Positions 35,168 through 48,505 are shown, numbered from the whole stretch's first letter. The stretch is DNA of 63,972 nucleotides, filler included, from Octopus bimaculoides (GCF_001194135.2; 5 parts of 5 records of this genome joined end to end with filler, not necessarily neighbours in it); one strand, 5' to 3'. Numbers and translations: made by a program. The notes: generated from the sequence alone by a model not told the origin.

Positions 35168-37077
35168 GTTTCTCCATAACACTAATGTCCTGGTGAAATC
35201 TTTCACCATGTTCATCAGACACTGCTCCAAGGCTATCTGCGAAGAAATCCAGATGGGAGTCCAAGAAGAGAACTTTCAGTGACATGCGACAACTCATTGC
35301 TGAGTAACATTTCAGAAGATACTTGATGCCATCCTTGTACTCCATTGCCTTTTTGTTGCCCAAGAAATTCTCACAGATCTAATTGAAAGCATTCTAGGCG
35401 GGCAGTTCCAGTTCATTGTATTGTCTTGAAGTTGACATCTTTGAGTACTTCTCTAATTTCGGGTCCGACAAAAATATCCTCTTTCAACTTCGTCTGCGTG
35501 ATTTGGGGAAACTGTTCTATAATACACTCAAACCCTCTGGCATTTTTCTTCCCTTGTGTCTTTACAAATTGTTTCATCAGTCCACGCTTTATCTGCAAAG
35601 GAGGTAATAGAACATTGCATGGATCTACAAGAGATGTATTCTTGACGCTAGATAGTCCTGGCTGGTATGATGTTCTTATCTGCCAGTTTGATTCCGAATA
35701 ATGTCTGTCAAATGCTCGACTATCCCATAGACACAAGAAACAACAATATCTTGTGAAACCTGACTGCATTCCCATTACCATTCCAATGACTTTTAAATCT
35801 CTACATATTTTCCATGAGTATCTTTCATAGACAATGGCGTGAAGTAAAAGTTCCATATTCTCATATGATTCATAAAGATCAACGGAGTGTGCAATAGGAA
35901 TGGAGGGCTTCAAATTACCATTGTGGAAAAGTACAGCGTTTAAACTTCGTTTTGAAGAATCAATAAACAAATGCCACTCTGCAGGATCATGATTTTGATA
36001 TAAACATCCGAAAAGTCCATCGATGTTACAGCAAAAGCAAAGCGGGGCTTTAACAGAAAAACACGTTTGTAGAACCACATTTTTCTGTCAAAAATAAGTT
36101 ATACAAACGTCATGCTCTAGCAGATACTTCTTCAGTCTTGATGTCAACAGTTCTGCCTTATCTTTTGAGAGGGATAGATCTCTGACAGGGTCATTCAGTT
36201 CAGCTTGGGAAAATTTCTGAGGTTCAAAGCTATCATCATCAGCCACGTAATCTTCCTCAGCAGCACTATCGTGACAGTCAGCAGCATCATCTGATGTTTC
36301 AATATCATCAGCTGGTGGAAATGGAATTGGCAGACTTCCATTGTGAGGCACAGGTCTCATTGCAGAATCCAAATTGGAATACACAATTTTGTGTTTGTTT
36401 TTCATAGAAAATCCTGTGACATTTACTTTCCAAAAATAAGTCACTAGAATGGATTTTCGGCTCCCTCCATATCATTGGGATGGTAAAAGGCATGGACTTC
36501 TTATTGAACCAGTCACGTAAGTCATTGAGCAGATGACATGTGGTGCCCATAACTTGTCCTGATCTCCAAGAGGACAAAGTATAGCTTATAAATCTTCTTG
36601 ATCTCTTGTGTTATTGTACGTTTTTGAGCTTTCACAATAAATTGTCCACAAACATAGCAAAACGCATCAAGACGATTTCAACACTGTCTTGATGTTGTTA
36701 ACACTGTAAAACAAGTAAGGAAATAGATACAAAGGGTTATACTTATATTGAATTTGAGATGATGAAATATCTCATCAGACCAATTATGACTTGACAATTT
36801 GAGATGTTGAAATACCAATTTCATCAGACAAATTTAATTTATGATGATGAAATATTGCATCTTAACTATGCAGCAATGTATTGCCTAGTTAATTTTAAAG
36901 GTATTTTTCCATGATGTAAATGAAATACACGCATACACGAATTTCTATATAATGCATGAGCTAAGACCAAAAAACTTTCTTATCTTGAAAACTGTACGTG
37001 ATGTCAAAAAACTAATTGTATATTTGAAATCAGCATTAAAAACTGCACTAAATACACCTTGACATATGCTTGATGTG
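35163..37077 (-). mobile_element. Chapaev3-type (CMC) DNA transposon: 5' terminus plus decayed transposase, 3' end missing
   Basis: AFCYVCGQ, GDQDKLWAPHVIC, IPMIWREPK, LFIDSSKRSLNAVLFHNGN, YCCFLCLWDSRA, LPPLQIKRGLMKQFVK, SHLDFF..LGAVSDEHGERFHQDISVMEKRY. The minus-strand terminus begins 5'-CAC at 37077. The Chapaev3 label is from recall of the family motifs. Confidence 0.85.
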
Positions 37078-37107
37078 TAATAATAACAGCAACAACAATA
37101 ATAATAA

Positions 37108-37244
37108 TCCTGTCTACTATAGGCTCAAATTTTGGTGGAGGAGAATAGACAATTACATCGACCCCAGCGTTTCACTGATAATAACTCAGAACGTAGCGGC
37201 AGACGAAATACTTCTAAGCATTTCATCCGGCGTGCTAACAATTC
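37108..37244 (-). mobile_element. SINE family A with an internal deletion
   Basis: Motif match to 17629-17842. Confidence 0.75.
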
Positions 37245-37475
37245 TTATTTCTTTATTGCCCACAAAGGGCTAAACATAGAGAGGACAAACAAGGACAGAC
37301 AAAAGGATTAAATCGATTACATCGACCCCAGTGCGTAACTGGTACTTAATTTATCGACCCCGAAAGGATGAAAGACAAAGTCGGCCTCGGCGGAATTTGA
37401 ACTCAGAACGTTAGCGGCGGACGAAATACTTCGAAGCATTTCATCTGGCGTGCAAACAATTCTGCCAGCTCGCCG
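37245..37475 (-). mobile_element. SINE family A with an alternative tail
   Basis: Head TTCTGCCAGCTCGCC at 37460-37474; tail TCTTTATTGCCCACAAAGGGCTAAAC differs from other copies. Confidence 0.85.
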
Positions 37476-39149
37476 TCTTAAATAAACAAGCAAAACCTGA
37501 TATTAGTCTCATGGAAGGATATTTATGGTGAACGATAGAGTATTTCCTGTGAATATCGGCCATTTCCACTCGCTGTATTTACAAAACACTTGTTTTATTT
37601 TTCATTTTTGTTGTTGGTTGAGATATTCGACACATACAAACCAAATTACAAGTCAGACAATTCTTTTAATGACATTATGCTTAGAGCACATACTTGTATC
37701 ACATACTCACACACTCACACACATACACACGCACGCACACACTCACACACACACACACACACACGCCATACGCATACACATATGTATGTATGTGTATATA
37801 TGCATCTGTGTGAGTATGTATATTTATATGGATATACGCATACATTTGAAATACATGCATAAATACATATATACATATATCCATGACTACAGAGAAACAT
37901 AAGTGTATATAACATAAATATATACATACATGCACACATGCATTCATATATACGAACATGGGGTCACTTCTATTACGACATTTACAAATGTATAATGGCT
38001 TTTAATGTGTCAAGATAAAAATTACTCTGGTCTCTTTCAAGAGAAAAGTAAAACGAAATACATAAAGAGATGAGCAGGAATCCGCTTCAGTAAACTCCCC
38101 TCTCTCTCTCTCTCTCTCTCTCACTCTTTGTCCCTTGTAAACCGTTTGCTAAATGAAATAAATACTTGCCAACAAAAGTTAATGACCGGAGAAAGGAGAG
38201 GGGTGAGAGAAGCTTTCATAAAAAAAATAACAGACCCATTTTCTTCCGGTCTTTGCTTACTTTGGAAATTCTTAACTTCTTAAGGAAATTATATAAGCGC
38301 GCGCGTGTGTGCACGAGTGTGTGAATGTGAGCATGTATGTATGCATGCACACACAAACACACACACGCACACACAGATATAGTTGTATATTTTTGAACAC
38401 CCTTATTCAAACACATTCGCACATGCATACTTGTATGCACACGTATAAATGCGTGTGATTATGTATACTCAAACATACACTGATCCATATACATATGTAT
38501 GTACTTATATAAATACGTGTGCGAGTGTGTGTCTATGTATATCAGTGATTAATGCAATTGGTCATGTTTTGACATAAGCCACTAACTCCCACCCCATCAT
38601 CACCACCAAACCCACACATCTACTCGGCTTATCCTAAATAATAAAATCAATTAAGCGAATATTTACAAAATGATATTTTCTGTGTGCTGTGAGAGGAAAT
38701 GTGTACGATTGTCAAACAGAACAACGACTTCCGTTCCCTCTGTTTTATTGCTGCACAAGTGTGTCAATACATCCCCAGATTTGCTAGGACAGATTTGCCG
38801 TTGCATTGTAGGGGAAAACCCGAAACCCTAACTTGCTTCTTGGTTCTTTATTTAGCACTACATCAACTCTGATCGAATTCATGAAGAAACGAATCATAGC
38901 AGATACAGTTATATCCTATATTCAATCATCGAATGACTTGGTCATCATATTTCAATGTTTTTCCTTTACTAATGCATTTAGGAGCAATGTGGGGGAAAAC
39001 TTTACTTATGTTTCCAGTATGTCGAACAGAGATTTTACCAATGACTTCGTGCTGGGTATTTTGTTTATATGATCAAAGATAAGACGAGTGTACATTCATG
39101 CCTGCCTCGAGTCAGCGACCACTGCAGTTCTGGTTGTAAATTAAAACTA

Positions 39150-39945
39150 CTTTCAATGTTGTATGATTTTTATATATATCTGACCTTTATAAAAAGGAAA
39201 GGAATTACTTTAAAAACAAATCGATATAACATCCTTGTTATTTTATGTCTTTGCATCGTCCATTTCATGTTTGTTTTTCTTTGGTGGGACTTTTTTCTGC
39301 GATTGCCTTAAGCATTACTCTTTGTCATCACGTTTGTGTCCAGCCTTTTAGTTAGTTTTTCTTTTCTTTGTTATTTCTCAATTCTTCCTGCAACTATTAC
39401 TTTTAGACTGCTTTATATTTTGGTTTGCTTGAGAACATAAATCATTCTTTTTATTCGTTTTTCTTTTCTTTTACAGGTTATTCTTCTCTAGACATTTTTG
39501 TACTTCTATTATAGATATTTCATAATAGGTTTTTAGCTGCAGAAAGCCCCTACTCGTACGGTACTTTTGGTAAATATATTCTTTGTGTCTGATTGGCAGT
39601 TGTATTCTGAATGCAATGACTGTTTTCATTTTCCTCCCACTTAGCCTCCAGTTGAATGTGTAGCAATAGCTTGTTACTGGAATAGCTAGTGTATTTATTA
39701 GCCCTTCAATTTATTGCTTGTTGTTACTTAAAACCCTGTTTTAAGTATTAAAATTTATTGTAACTTAAAATTCTGTTTTAAGTATTAACCTGGTACAATT
39801 ATAATATTTCATCTTAATCTTTTCTTTCATTTTTCTGTGTTTACTCTGTCTACGTCATTACTACTTACCTAACACATTATTAGCAACTTCAATAATTTTT
39901 CTTTCTTCAAAAATTAAGGGGTGCACTTTCATAAATCCACTGAAA
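39150..39945 (-). mobile_element. Old R4/Dong-type LINE fragment (RT thumb region)
   Basis: Minus strand K.KIKMKYYNCTRLILKTEF, INTLAIPVTSY and RGFLQLKTYYEISII resemble MKEKIRKEYYRRVRLILKTEL / INTLAVPV / GGRGL.QL of Dong-like ORFs; strongly decayed. Confidence 0.65.
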
Positions 39946-41096
39946 TCGACATTCATTATTATAATTCAGAGATTGATTTATGTATCTTTATGAACAGTGA
40001 TCAGTTACAATGATTAGGTCAGTAACTTCAGAGGTATGACCTTATGCTGAGGTTATAACATTATTATTATATATATCAGTCTACATTAAGTACTGTGGAT
40101 TTGTATATTTTAAGATAATAGAGTGAGTTGGAGGGATATACAGCCCGTATTTGCTGTACATTGTTAAACGCATCCAAGACGAGGTTGACATAGAAAACTC
40201 ATGTTTTCTCCCTTGAATTTATGAACACATCACATGTTGTGCATATGAAAATGAAGTGTTAAACATGTGACATGTTTATTAACATATTTGTGGGCCGGTA
40301 ACAAATCAAGTTCTGATATACTGTAAAGTAATCATATTTTGATCAGCTTACTAATGTTTTTGCATATATATTGCCACGCTGCTTCCCTAGTTCAGTCAAT
40401 TAAAAGATCTGAAATACTCACTCAGAGTTACGATTCAAAACGTCTAACCCCGTATTGCAATAAGATACAAATACTGTTTATTGAGTTCTTTCCGTTTAGT
40501 TTCTGGTTTGGAGCGTGCGTACTTTCGCAGGTGTATACGGAAACACACGCGCGCGCATACAAATACATACAGATATAGCGCAATGAATCGGCAAATAAAT
40601 AAATATGCATATATGTTTGCATATATAACTCAAGACGTGAAACATGTAACTTTAGGCTAACAATGTGGTCAGGTCGTAAATAAACCCCACCCCTACAAAA
40701 AATACACAGCAAAATACTTGGCTTATTCAAGAAATAAATCAACATGATCAAGCGTAAAATATCTTCAGAAGGCATGCGCTCACATGCTTTCATACGTACA
40801 AATATACATACATACATCATACACACAGGCATGACATGTATACATATGTGTGTACACGTATATTGATACACACGCAGAAAACAATTCATTAGCAATTATT
40901 ATCGTAATTCCCCAATGCAACTATAAAGACATTTTATGTGAACACTTGAGAATACGTGTTCACATGCACTAAGGGTATAATTTCTCACGCAACCACACAC
41001 ACACGCCTACACACACGCCTACACACACATGTACATACATCTATATATACATATATATATATATGTACATAAATGTATATGCTCATATATATGTAT

Positions 41097-41157
<61 letters not shown>

Positions 41158-41629
41158 CACACATATATATTCATACATGTATCTATCTATCTATCTATGC
41201 ACACATACATACATACATACATACATACCTCTGTAGTCGAAACATTTACTTCAGGCAAAAAGTGCGGTCGGGCTGTAAATATATCAGGCTTACACACTCT
41301 CACATTACACAAATATACATAGACATGAGTACACTCACTGACACACATGCGTACACACATGTACACACTGTCATATACTGAAACAGTAACAGCTGTCGTC
41401 TCCCATTTTATACAGCAAATCAACGTGATCAACCGTATAATGACAACAGCAAGCATTTATACACGCACGTGCACTTGTACGCATAAGCAGAGGAACACAA
41501 CACAGACGCATACATGCACACATAGACAAGAACTCAAGCACTTCCTTTCGTGCACACACCAAGAAATGAGAAAGACTGAACAGGACAACTGTGATTGTTA
41601 AGACTTAACAACAGTAATAACTTTATGCA

Positions 41630-41652
41630 TGACCTTTGACCTTGACTGGTCA
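41630..41652. promoter_or_regulatory. Consensus DR1 nuclear-receptor element followed by a TGAC-TG-GTCA palindrome (putative)
   Basis: TGACCT-T-TGACCT (41630-41642), then TGACTGGTCA; lies in non-repetitive sequence. Function untested. Confidence 0.35.
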
Positions 41653-41806
41653 AGCGGAATTTAAAGTCTGATACTACCAGGGAAAAACAACAGCCGCCGA
41701 TGTAGGCGATTAAACTCTAAAGTAAAACACGGATCGATATTCATATGAATTAGAAAATCAAAGCATCGTGTAATGATCTTGCACAAAATTGACCGATTCT
41801 TATCTG

Positions 41807-41844
<38 letters not shown>

Positions 41845-41894
41845 CATATANNNNNNNNNNNNNNNNNNNNNNNNNNNNNNNNNNNNNNNNNNNN

Positions 41895-41906
41895 TTAATT
41901 AATTAA
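41895..41906. other. Artificial TTAATTAATTAA spacer in an N pad
   Basis: Same construct as 13349. Confidence 0.9.
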
Positions 41907-41962
41907 NNNNNNNNNNNNNNNNNNNNNNNNNNNNNNNNNNNNNNNNNNNNATATACATATAT

Positions 41963-42126
41963 ACGACGGGCTTCTTCCAGTTTCCATCTACCAAATCCAC
42001 TCACAAGGCTTTGGTCGGCCCGAGGCTATGGTAGAAGACACTTGCCCAAGGTGCCACGCAGTATGACTGAACCCAGAACCATGTGGTTGGTAAGCAAGCT
42101 ACTTACCACACAGCCACTCCTGCGCC
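41963..42126 (-). mobile_element. SINE family B head, well preserved
   Basis: Minus strand GGCGCAGGAGTGGCTGTGTGGTAAGTAGC...GGTTCTGGGTTCAGTC. Confidence 0.9.
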
Positions 42127-42181
<55 letters not shown>

Positions 42182-42658
42182 ACACTATATTATAATTTAC
42201 GTCTATTTCTGAGAGTATCCACACCGAAAACTTAATGGAAAATACACATCAAAACGCTAACATAGTTAAACACACACACACACTCTCTCTCGCACACACA
42301 TTGCCATACACACACATATAAACAAGTGTCCTATATTATTTGTCATTTATTTTAATGATTTTATTTTTCAATATGTAAACTTAATTGTTCGGAAATATTG
42401 AACGAATTTGCTTCAATATGATCGAGGTTCCTAGCCTCCACTTCAATAAACAATATATATATGTGCGTTTTTCTCTGTATGTGTATACGTTTGTATGGGG
42501 GGGCTGAGTGTATTTATGTATGTGTGCGCGCGCGCGTGTGTGTTTTTATTAATCTGCTCCTGTCAAATCTTTGAACGTGCAGATGGCGAACCACGGATAT
42601 CGATATAAATTCACTTATGCATAGGTATTTGTTCCTAAATAATATTGCACTTCTTTCG

Positions 42659-42743
<85 letters not shown>

Positions 42744-42949
42744 CCGATATATATATATATATGACAGGAAGTTATGAATTTCATTAGCTTACTGATGTTT
42801 CTGCTATAAGATGCAGTGCGCACAGAGTTGAGTGTTTGTGCATCCCTTTTTAGCTTCCAAGGTTATTGTAGGAAATGTAAATAGCGAAGACTTCGTGTTC
42901 AGTATTAGCAATACACTGATTTGTTGCTCTAACAGCATCTACGCATACA

Positions 42950-43350
42950 CACACACACACATATATATACACACATACACATATATGCACACACACACTC
43001 ACTCTCACACATACTCACTCTCTCACACACACACATATATATGCACACACACTCACTTACACTTACACATGTATACACACACACACACATATTTCTATAT
43101 ATATACACACATATTCACCCACATATACATATACACACACACATATATATACACACACGCGCGCGCACACTCACTCACACACACACATATACACGCACGC
43201 ACATATATAGACACACACACACGCACATATATAAATACACACATACACACACATTCACCCACATACATATACACACATACAGTCACACACATATATATCC
43301 ACATTCACATACGCATACACACTCACACGCACGCACACTCAAATACATAC
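42950..43350. repeat. Degenerate (CA)n/(CATA)n microsatellite
   Basis: Read directly from the sequence. Confidence 0.9.
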
Positions 43351-44389
43351 ACACATGTACGACGGGCTTCTGCATAGTATCCTTGCACCTAATTCACTAA
43401 GTTGTAATTCGGACCAGAGAGTCGACAGTAAGCACTTGTCCAATGTGCCACATAGTGAAATTGAAACCCTAAAGGGTCTTATCTACACTTCAATTCTGCG
43501 ACCATTTGTCCTTCTCTACAATATAAAATGTGGTAGTTCGAGAGTGATTTGACCGCTATTTCAAGCATTTTACAGAACCACGTAGGGGTTTCTCTCTTTG
43601 GTGATGCTGATGATTATGACAGTGGTCTTGGTGATAATGATGATGCTGATGATAATGACAACTTTCTTTCTTTGTATTTTCAGGAGTTGCGCCCCTAACT
43701 ATTCTCCATCCAGACCAACGAACCAACCAACGAACAAACCAACCAGCTATTCAGGTCAGACTTAACAAAACATCACACTCACTTTCCTTTTTTTCTCATT
43801 TGAACACAAATTCCCCAACCCCAGCCTTTCCTCAGCGATCATACAACATACAAAACTTTAAATAAATCTTTCGTGATCTCACTGTTGCATATTTGAACCA
43901 ATCAGGCTTTCAAGATAAAAAATATTTAATAATATAACCATCAGGTGTACCAGTAATTACACTTAAATCAGTAATTATCGTGGTGAATTAGTTTAGATGT
44001 GACAGCGTTGGATTGAACACTTCACGGTGCGTGTCGGGCTCCTTGCACCCTGGTTTCAAATTACGCAGATGTTATGTTTCATCCCTTCGCAGTTTGACAA
44101 AAAAGAGCTACTCCAAGGCGATGAGAACTGCAGAATGTCGGACTAGGTCCTAAGTGGGGGTGGGATTTTTCCTTCTTTTCTTCTGAAAGCATGGTGATGA
44201 CCTTTTCCTTGGACAAACATCAGTGTCTTGGAGAGGGGGAGAGACTTACAATCTTGGACAGCTACCAACCCTATACAGGAGCAAAACTGTTTGGCTCCGC
44301 GTTCATCTTGGAATATCAAGGGATCATTACCGATGGGGGGAGACCCTAAGGAGCAATAATTTCATAAATGTACCGTGTTATAAATTTAT

Positions 44390-45320
44390 TTGTAGTTTTA
44401 TCTTTTACTCGTTTCAGTCGCTAGATGCGACCATGCTGGGGCACCGCCATAAAAGATTTGAGTTGAACGCATCGACCTAAGTGCACTTTTTTTATGTCTG
44501 GTAGTTACTCTGTCGGTTTCTCTACTGAACCGCTAAGGACGAAAACACACCAACAACGGTTGTCAGGTGTTGGTGGGGGGACAAACACAGACACAAAAAC
44601 ACAACCACACGTACACACACATACANNNNNNNNNNNNNNNNNNNNNNNNNNNNNNNNNNNNNNNNNNNNNNNNNNNNNNNNNNNNNNNNNNNNNNNNNNN
44701 NNNNNNNNNNNNNNNNNNNNNNNNNNNNNNNNNNNNNNNNNNNNNNNNNNNNNNNNNNNNNNNNNNNNNNNNNNNNNNNNNNNNNNNNNNNNNNNNNNNN
44801 NNNNNNNNNNNNNNNNNNNNNNNNNNNNNNNNNNNNNNNNNNNNNNNNNNNNNNNNNNNNNNNNNNNNNNNNNNNNNNNNNNNNNNNNNNNNNNNNNNNN
44901 NNNNNNNNNNNNNNNNNNNNNNNNNNNNNNNNNNNNNNNNNNNNNNNNNNNNNNNNNNNNNNNNNNNNNNNNNNNNNNNNNNNNNNNNNNNNNNNNNNNN
45001 NNNNNNNNNNNNNNNNNNNNNNNNNNNNNNNNNNNNNNNNNNNNNNNNNNNNNNNNNNNNNNNNNNNNNNNNNNNNNNNNNNNNNNNNNNNNNNNNNNNN
45101 NNNNNNNNNNNNNNNNNNNNNNNNNNNNNNNNNNNNNNNNNTATATATATATATATATATGGTGGGGATTCTTTCTGTTTCCGTTTACCAAGTCCACTCA
45201 CAAGTATTTGGTCGGTCAAAATCTACAGTAGAAGACACTTCTCCAAAATGTCACGCAGTGGAACTGAACCCAAAACCATGTGTTTAGGGAAACAAACATC
45301 TTACCATACATTTACGCCTC
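44390..45320 (-). mobile_element. SINE family B spanning an N gap (44626-45141) in its internal microsatellite
   Basis: Tail at 44390-44610, head at 45160-45320. Confidence 0.75.
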
Positions 45321-47046
45321 AGTGAATATCTCCTCATTGCTTGCACAAATTCAGTGAAGACTTGTTTTTAAAGAGGTCAGAATAAGAAAGTTATATATCC
45401 GGTGCTCGTCTTGTTCATATCGCTAGAATAAATATGAATTACCATTAGATATTGATTAATATCGTTCGGTTATTAGCACATAGATTTTATTGTTAGCGAT
45501 TTTAATATAGAAATTGAACTATCAACGTAAATTAACACTAACGTAACTTTGACTCTATAACGGATCGAAAAATATGCGTTTATACAGGCAGCAGGTTATT
45601 GCTGGCAGCGAAACTTATAGACCGGAAGTGAGAGAGTCAGTGCACACAGACAGAAATACTGACATGCAGATATAGTGTACATAATGTATGAAACAAAGAG
45701 ACCGTGCGGACAACAATGATATTGACGGAGCAGACAGACAGACGGGAAGTGAGGCTGTCTGCGCACCGGGAGACTGTGCAGCAGGTTGTACAGTGTTGCA
45801 TGTAGAGATAATGTGAGGGCAAGCATGCCTTCGCACAGGATGACGACAGTGAGGTTGTGCAGAGCGGCAAGCCGGAAGTGAAACAGACTGAATAAAGCAA
45901 AAAGGTAGACAGCTAGGCAGGCAAGCAGATGTGCAGAGTGTGCAGACACAGACAGAAAAGCATGGAAATTGTTCCGGCAAACAACAGAGAGACAAACAGA
46001 CAGATATGCAGAGTGGAATGGCAAACAGGTAGATTAGCTACACAGTCAATGCATATCTTCCTGTTGATTTTGTTAGCAGCAGCAGCAGCCACGTAAGCTG
46101 CAGTAATGACGCACTAGTTTTATTGTGGTCTAGGATGGGCCTATAGCCACAGTTACTGCCACGACTAAAATCTTGAATACCAAACAATACATCTAAAGCC
46201 TAATTCTGGGCCTAACCCTCACCCTGACCCTTAAGAAAGTCAACAACCACCATCACTACAAGAACCAACATCATCAGCCATCATCATCATCGAGACCACA
46301 TTATTGCCCTGTGTCTACAGAAAGAGGTAGTGTATAGACGAGACCAATGTCTTTGTTGCTTAGCGACAGTTATAAAATGCATGCGCTTGTATAAATATGT
46401 TATGCTCGCACATACTGACCTATAATAACATGCACACGCATTTGTCAACCTAACTACAAATATATGAAAAAATAGTTTCGCCATTCCATAGCAAAACCGT
46501 TATACTACAGTTTGACAGTTTTCGGTATCTTGACATCTGAAGCAGCTGGAGATACGACAGTTTGACAAAAAAAGAACCGGCTATTAGAAGCAAAAATAAA
46601 TATTGAAAAAAACGCATTTGGCCAAATTTGGACATACGACAGTTTAGCATAATAGCAACGAAATATCTTTGATGTGTGTATACAGTCCCACACACGTACA
46701 AACCAATGACTGGTATTGGTGTCCTAATTTTATTAAAAACCAGCAAAACATCTAACAAAGGGTTCAGTAAATGTTTTCGCTGACAGAAATACACAGGACA
46801 TGGTAACGGTCAAGTAAAAATTCTCTTGGACGAACCGTTGCTGGCGAAACTTCGTAGTCATTGTCCTTTCGTCTAATTAATAATGTCTATAGTAATAGCA
46901 TGTGTGTGTGTGTAGGTGCGTAAGTGTGTGCGTGCGTGCGTGCATGTGTGTGTATTTGTGCGAGCCACGTTAGTCCATGTGTGTCTGCTTCATGACTGCT
47001 TATCTATATGCGTGTGTGTGAATGCGTAACATATGTGACGAGATGA

Positions 47047-47238
47047 GGCGGGGAGATCGTAGAAACGATAGCACGCCGGGCGAAATGCTTAGCGGTATCT
47101 CGTCTGCCTTTACGTTCTGAGTTCAAATTCTACCGAGGTCGATTTTGCCTTTCATCCTTTCAGGATCGATAAACTAAGTACCTGTTGCGTACTGGGAGCG
47201 ATCTAATCGACTGCTCCTCACCTCCCCAAAAATTTCGG
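47047..47238 (+). mobile_element. SINE family A, tail truncated
   Basis: Motif match to 17629-17815. Confidence 0.85.
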
Positions 47239-47239
47239 A

Positions 47240-48420
47240 TGACTCAGTTCACCAAAGAACTTGAAATGAAGATTCCCCGAAATGTTAAGAAATTTCCATT
47301 TTACCGTTAAATGTGTATGGAGAAAGTGAATCTGTTTATTCTGTTTTGTTTTGGAAATCCTTACCATGTCAATTTTTTTACGCAGAACTCTTGTTACATA
47401 GTCCAGGGCACCGATGTTAAAAGGTCCAAATGAAAATCAATAATCTGGATACAAGAGAAATAGGTTTCTCCTTAGTTTCCCATAGATGTTTCTCCTTCTC
47501 CCTAACTTTTGACGAGATATTCCCATGCACCTGTCAGCTGGTTTCTACAACATTGCATGACTTTTGCTCCCTGTCAAATACAACAGTATCTGGTCTGTTG
47601 TGTTTATATCGGCTTGTTGGTTTTATTGCAGTGTTCTACGATTATTATTATTTTATTTTTGAAGGTATGGACACTTCCTGGTCGCAGTGTGCTTTTAGCA
47701 TGGCTGTCATGACAGTTCTTCTTGCGTTTAGCTTTGTCGTCGATCTTAGTGACAATGTCATATAGGGGAAAGTAGTATTTGGCCGACATTTTTAGACAGC
47801 TGATAATTCATGCGATATCTTCCATACTGGTATGGTACAATCGATACTTTCAATCATAGGCTTAGAGACACTTTTCACTCTCCTGTTGACCAGGTATTTA
47901 CTAACTATCCCCTGCTCTTGGATAACAAAAGCTTAATCCGATAGGAGAGACGTGACGCATGTATCACTGGCCCATGACAGCATACAATTCCTATCAATAT
48001 TGTTGGTATTCTCAAACTGGCGAGATATGTACACACAGATAACTTTCTGCTGATATGATGAGCGTTTCTCCTCCAAATCTCTGTATTTTTCGATCAATCT
48101 AGTCAGCCTTGGTTTACATGGAACTGCTGTCCTCGAGTTCTTCGTTCGATCTGATTATGTTATTAACTTCACAATTGAATATACGCTCGGTGGACTCATT
48201 TCCCTCTTTCATCTTCGGTATGCGTTGTCGAAGTGACACGATGCGGCACTTAAAAGAACGGGCTTATATTTCTATCTCCATCCCTTCATTCAACATAGAT
48301 CTTATCAGGGTCCCACTTTTGATTTGGAATTTATCAGTGGTTGGCAGTATCTTCCTCGTTCCTATGTCGAAGTTCCCAATTTCATCATGTACCCAGTCCA
48401 CTATCCTAAATGTTGACACT
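47240..48420 (-). mobile_element. R2-group (REL endonuclease) LINE 3' half, a lineage distinct from the 7793 element; degenerate
   Basis: Minus strand IVDWVHDEI...DIGTRKIL, DPDKIYVE*RDGDR, FVIQEQGIVSKYL, MSAKYYFPL, KHNRPDTVVFDREQKSCNVVETS, YGKLRRNLFLLYPDY*FSF.PFNIGAL give thumb, zinc-knuckle region and REL motifs in the expected order. Confidence 0.8.
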
Positions 48421-48457
48421 ATATGTGTTTATCTATCTATCTATCTANNNNNNNNNN

Positions 48458-48505
<48 letters not shown>

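Noticed and set aside
39477-39569. 93-nt exon with a strong acceptor and a GTAAAT donor
   Set aside because: It has stops in all three frames, and the pyrimidine tract is simply the antisense of the A-rich LINE remnant.
35162-39945. An inversion that split one Dong LINE into the 34.3-35.2 kb and 39.2-39.9 kb pieces
   Set aside because: The minus-strand piece extends upstream of the NEGD breakpoint, so the pieces overlap in LINE coordinates. It is more decayed, and no Chapaev 3' remainder follows 39.9 kb. They are separate copies.
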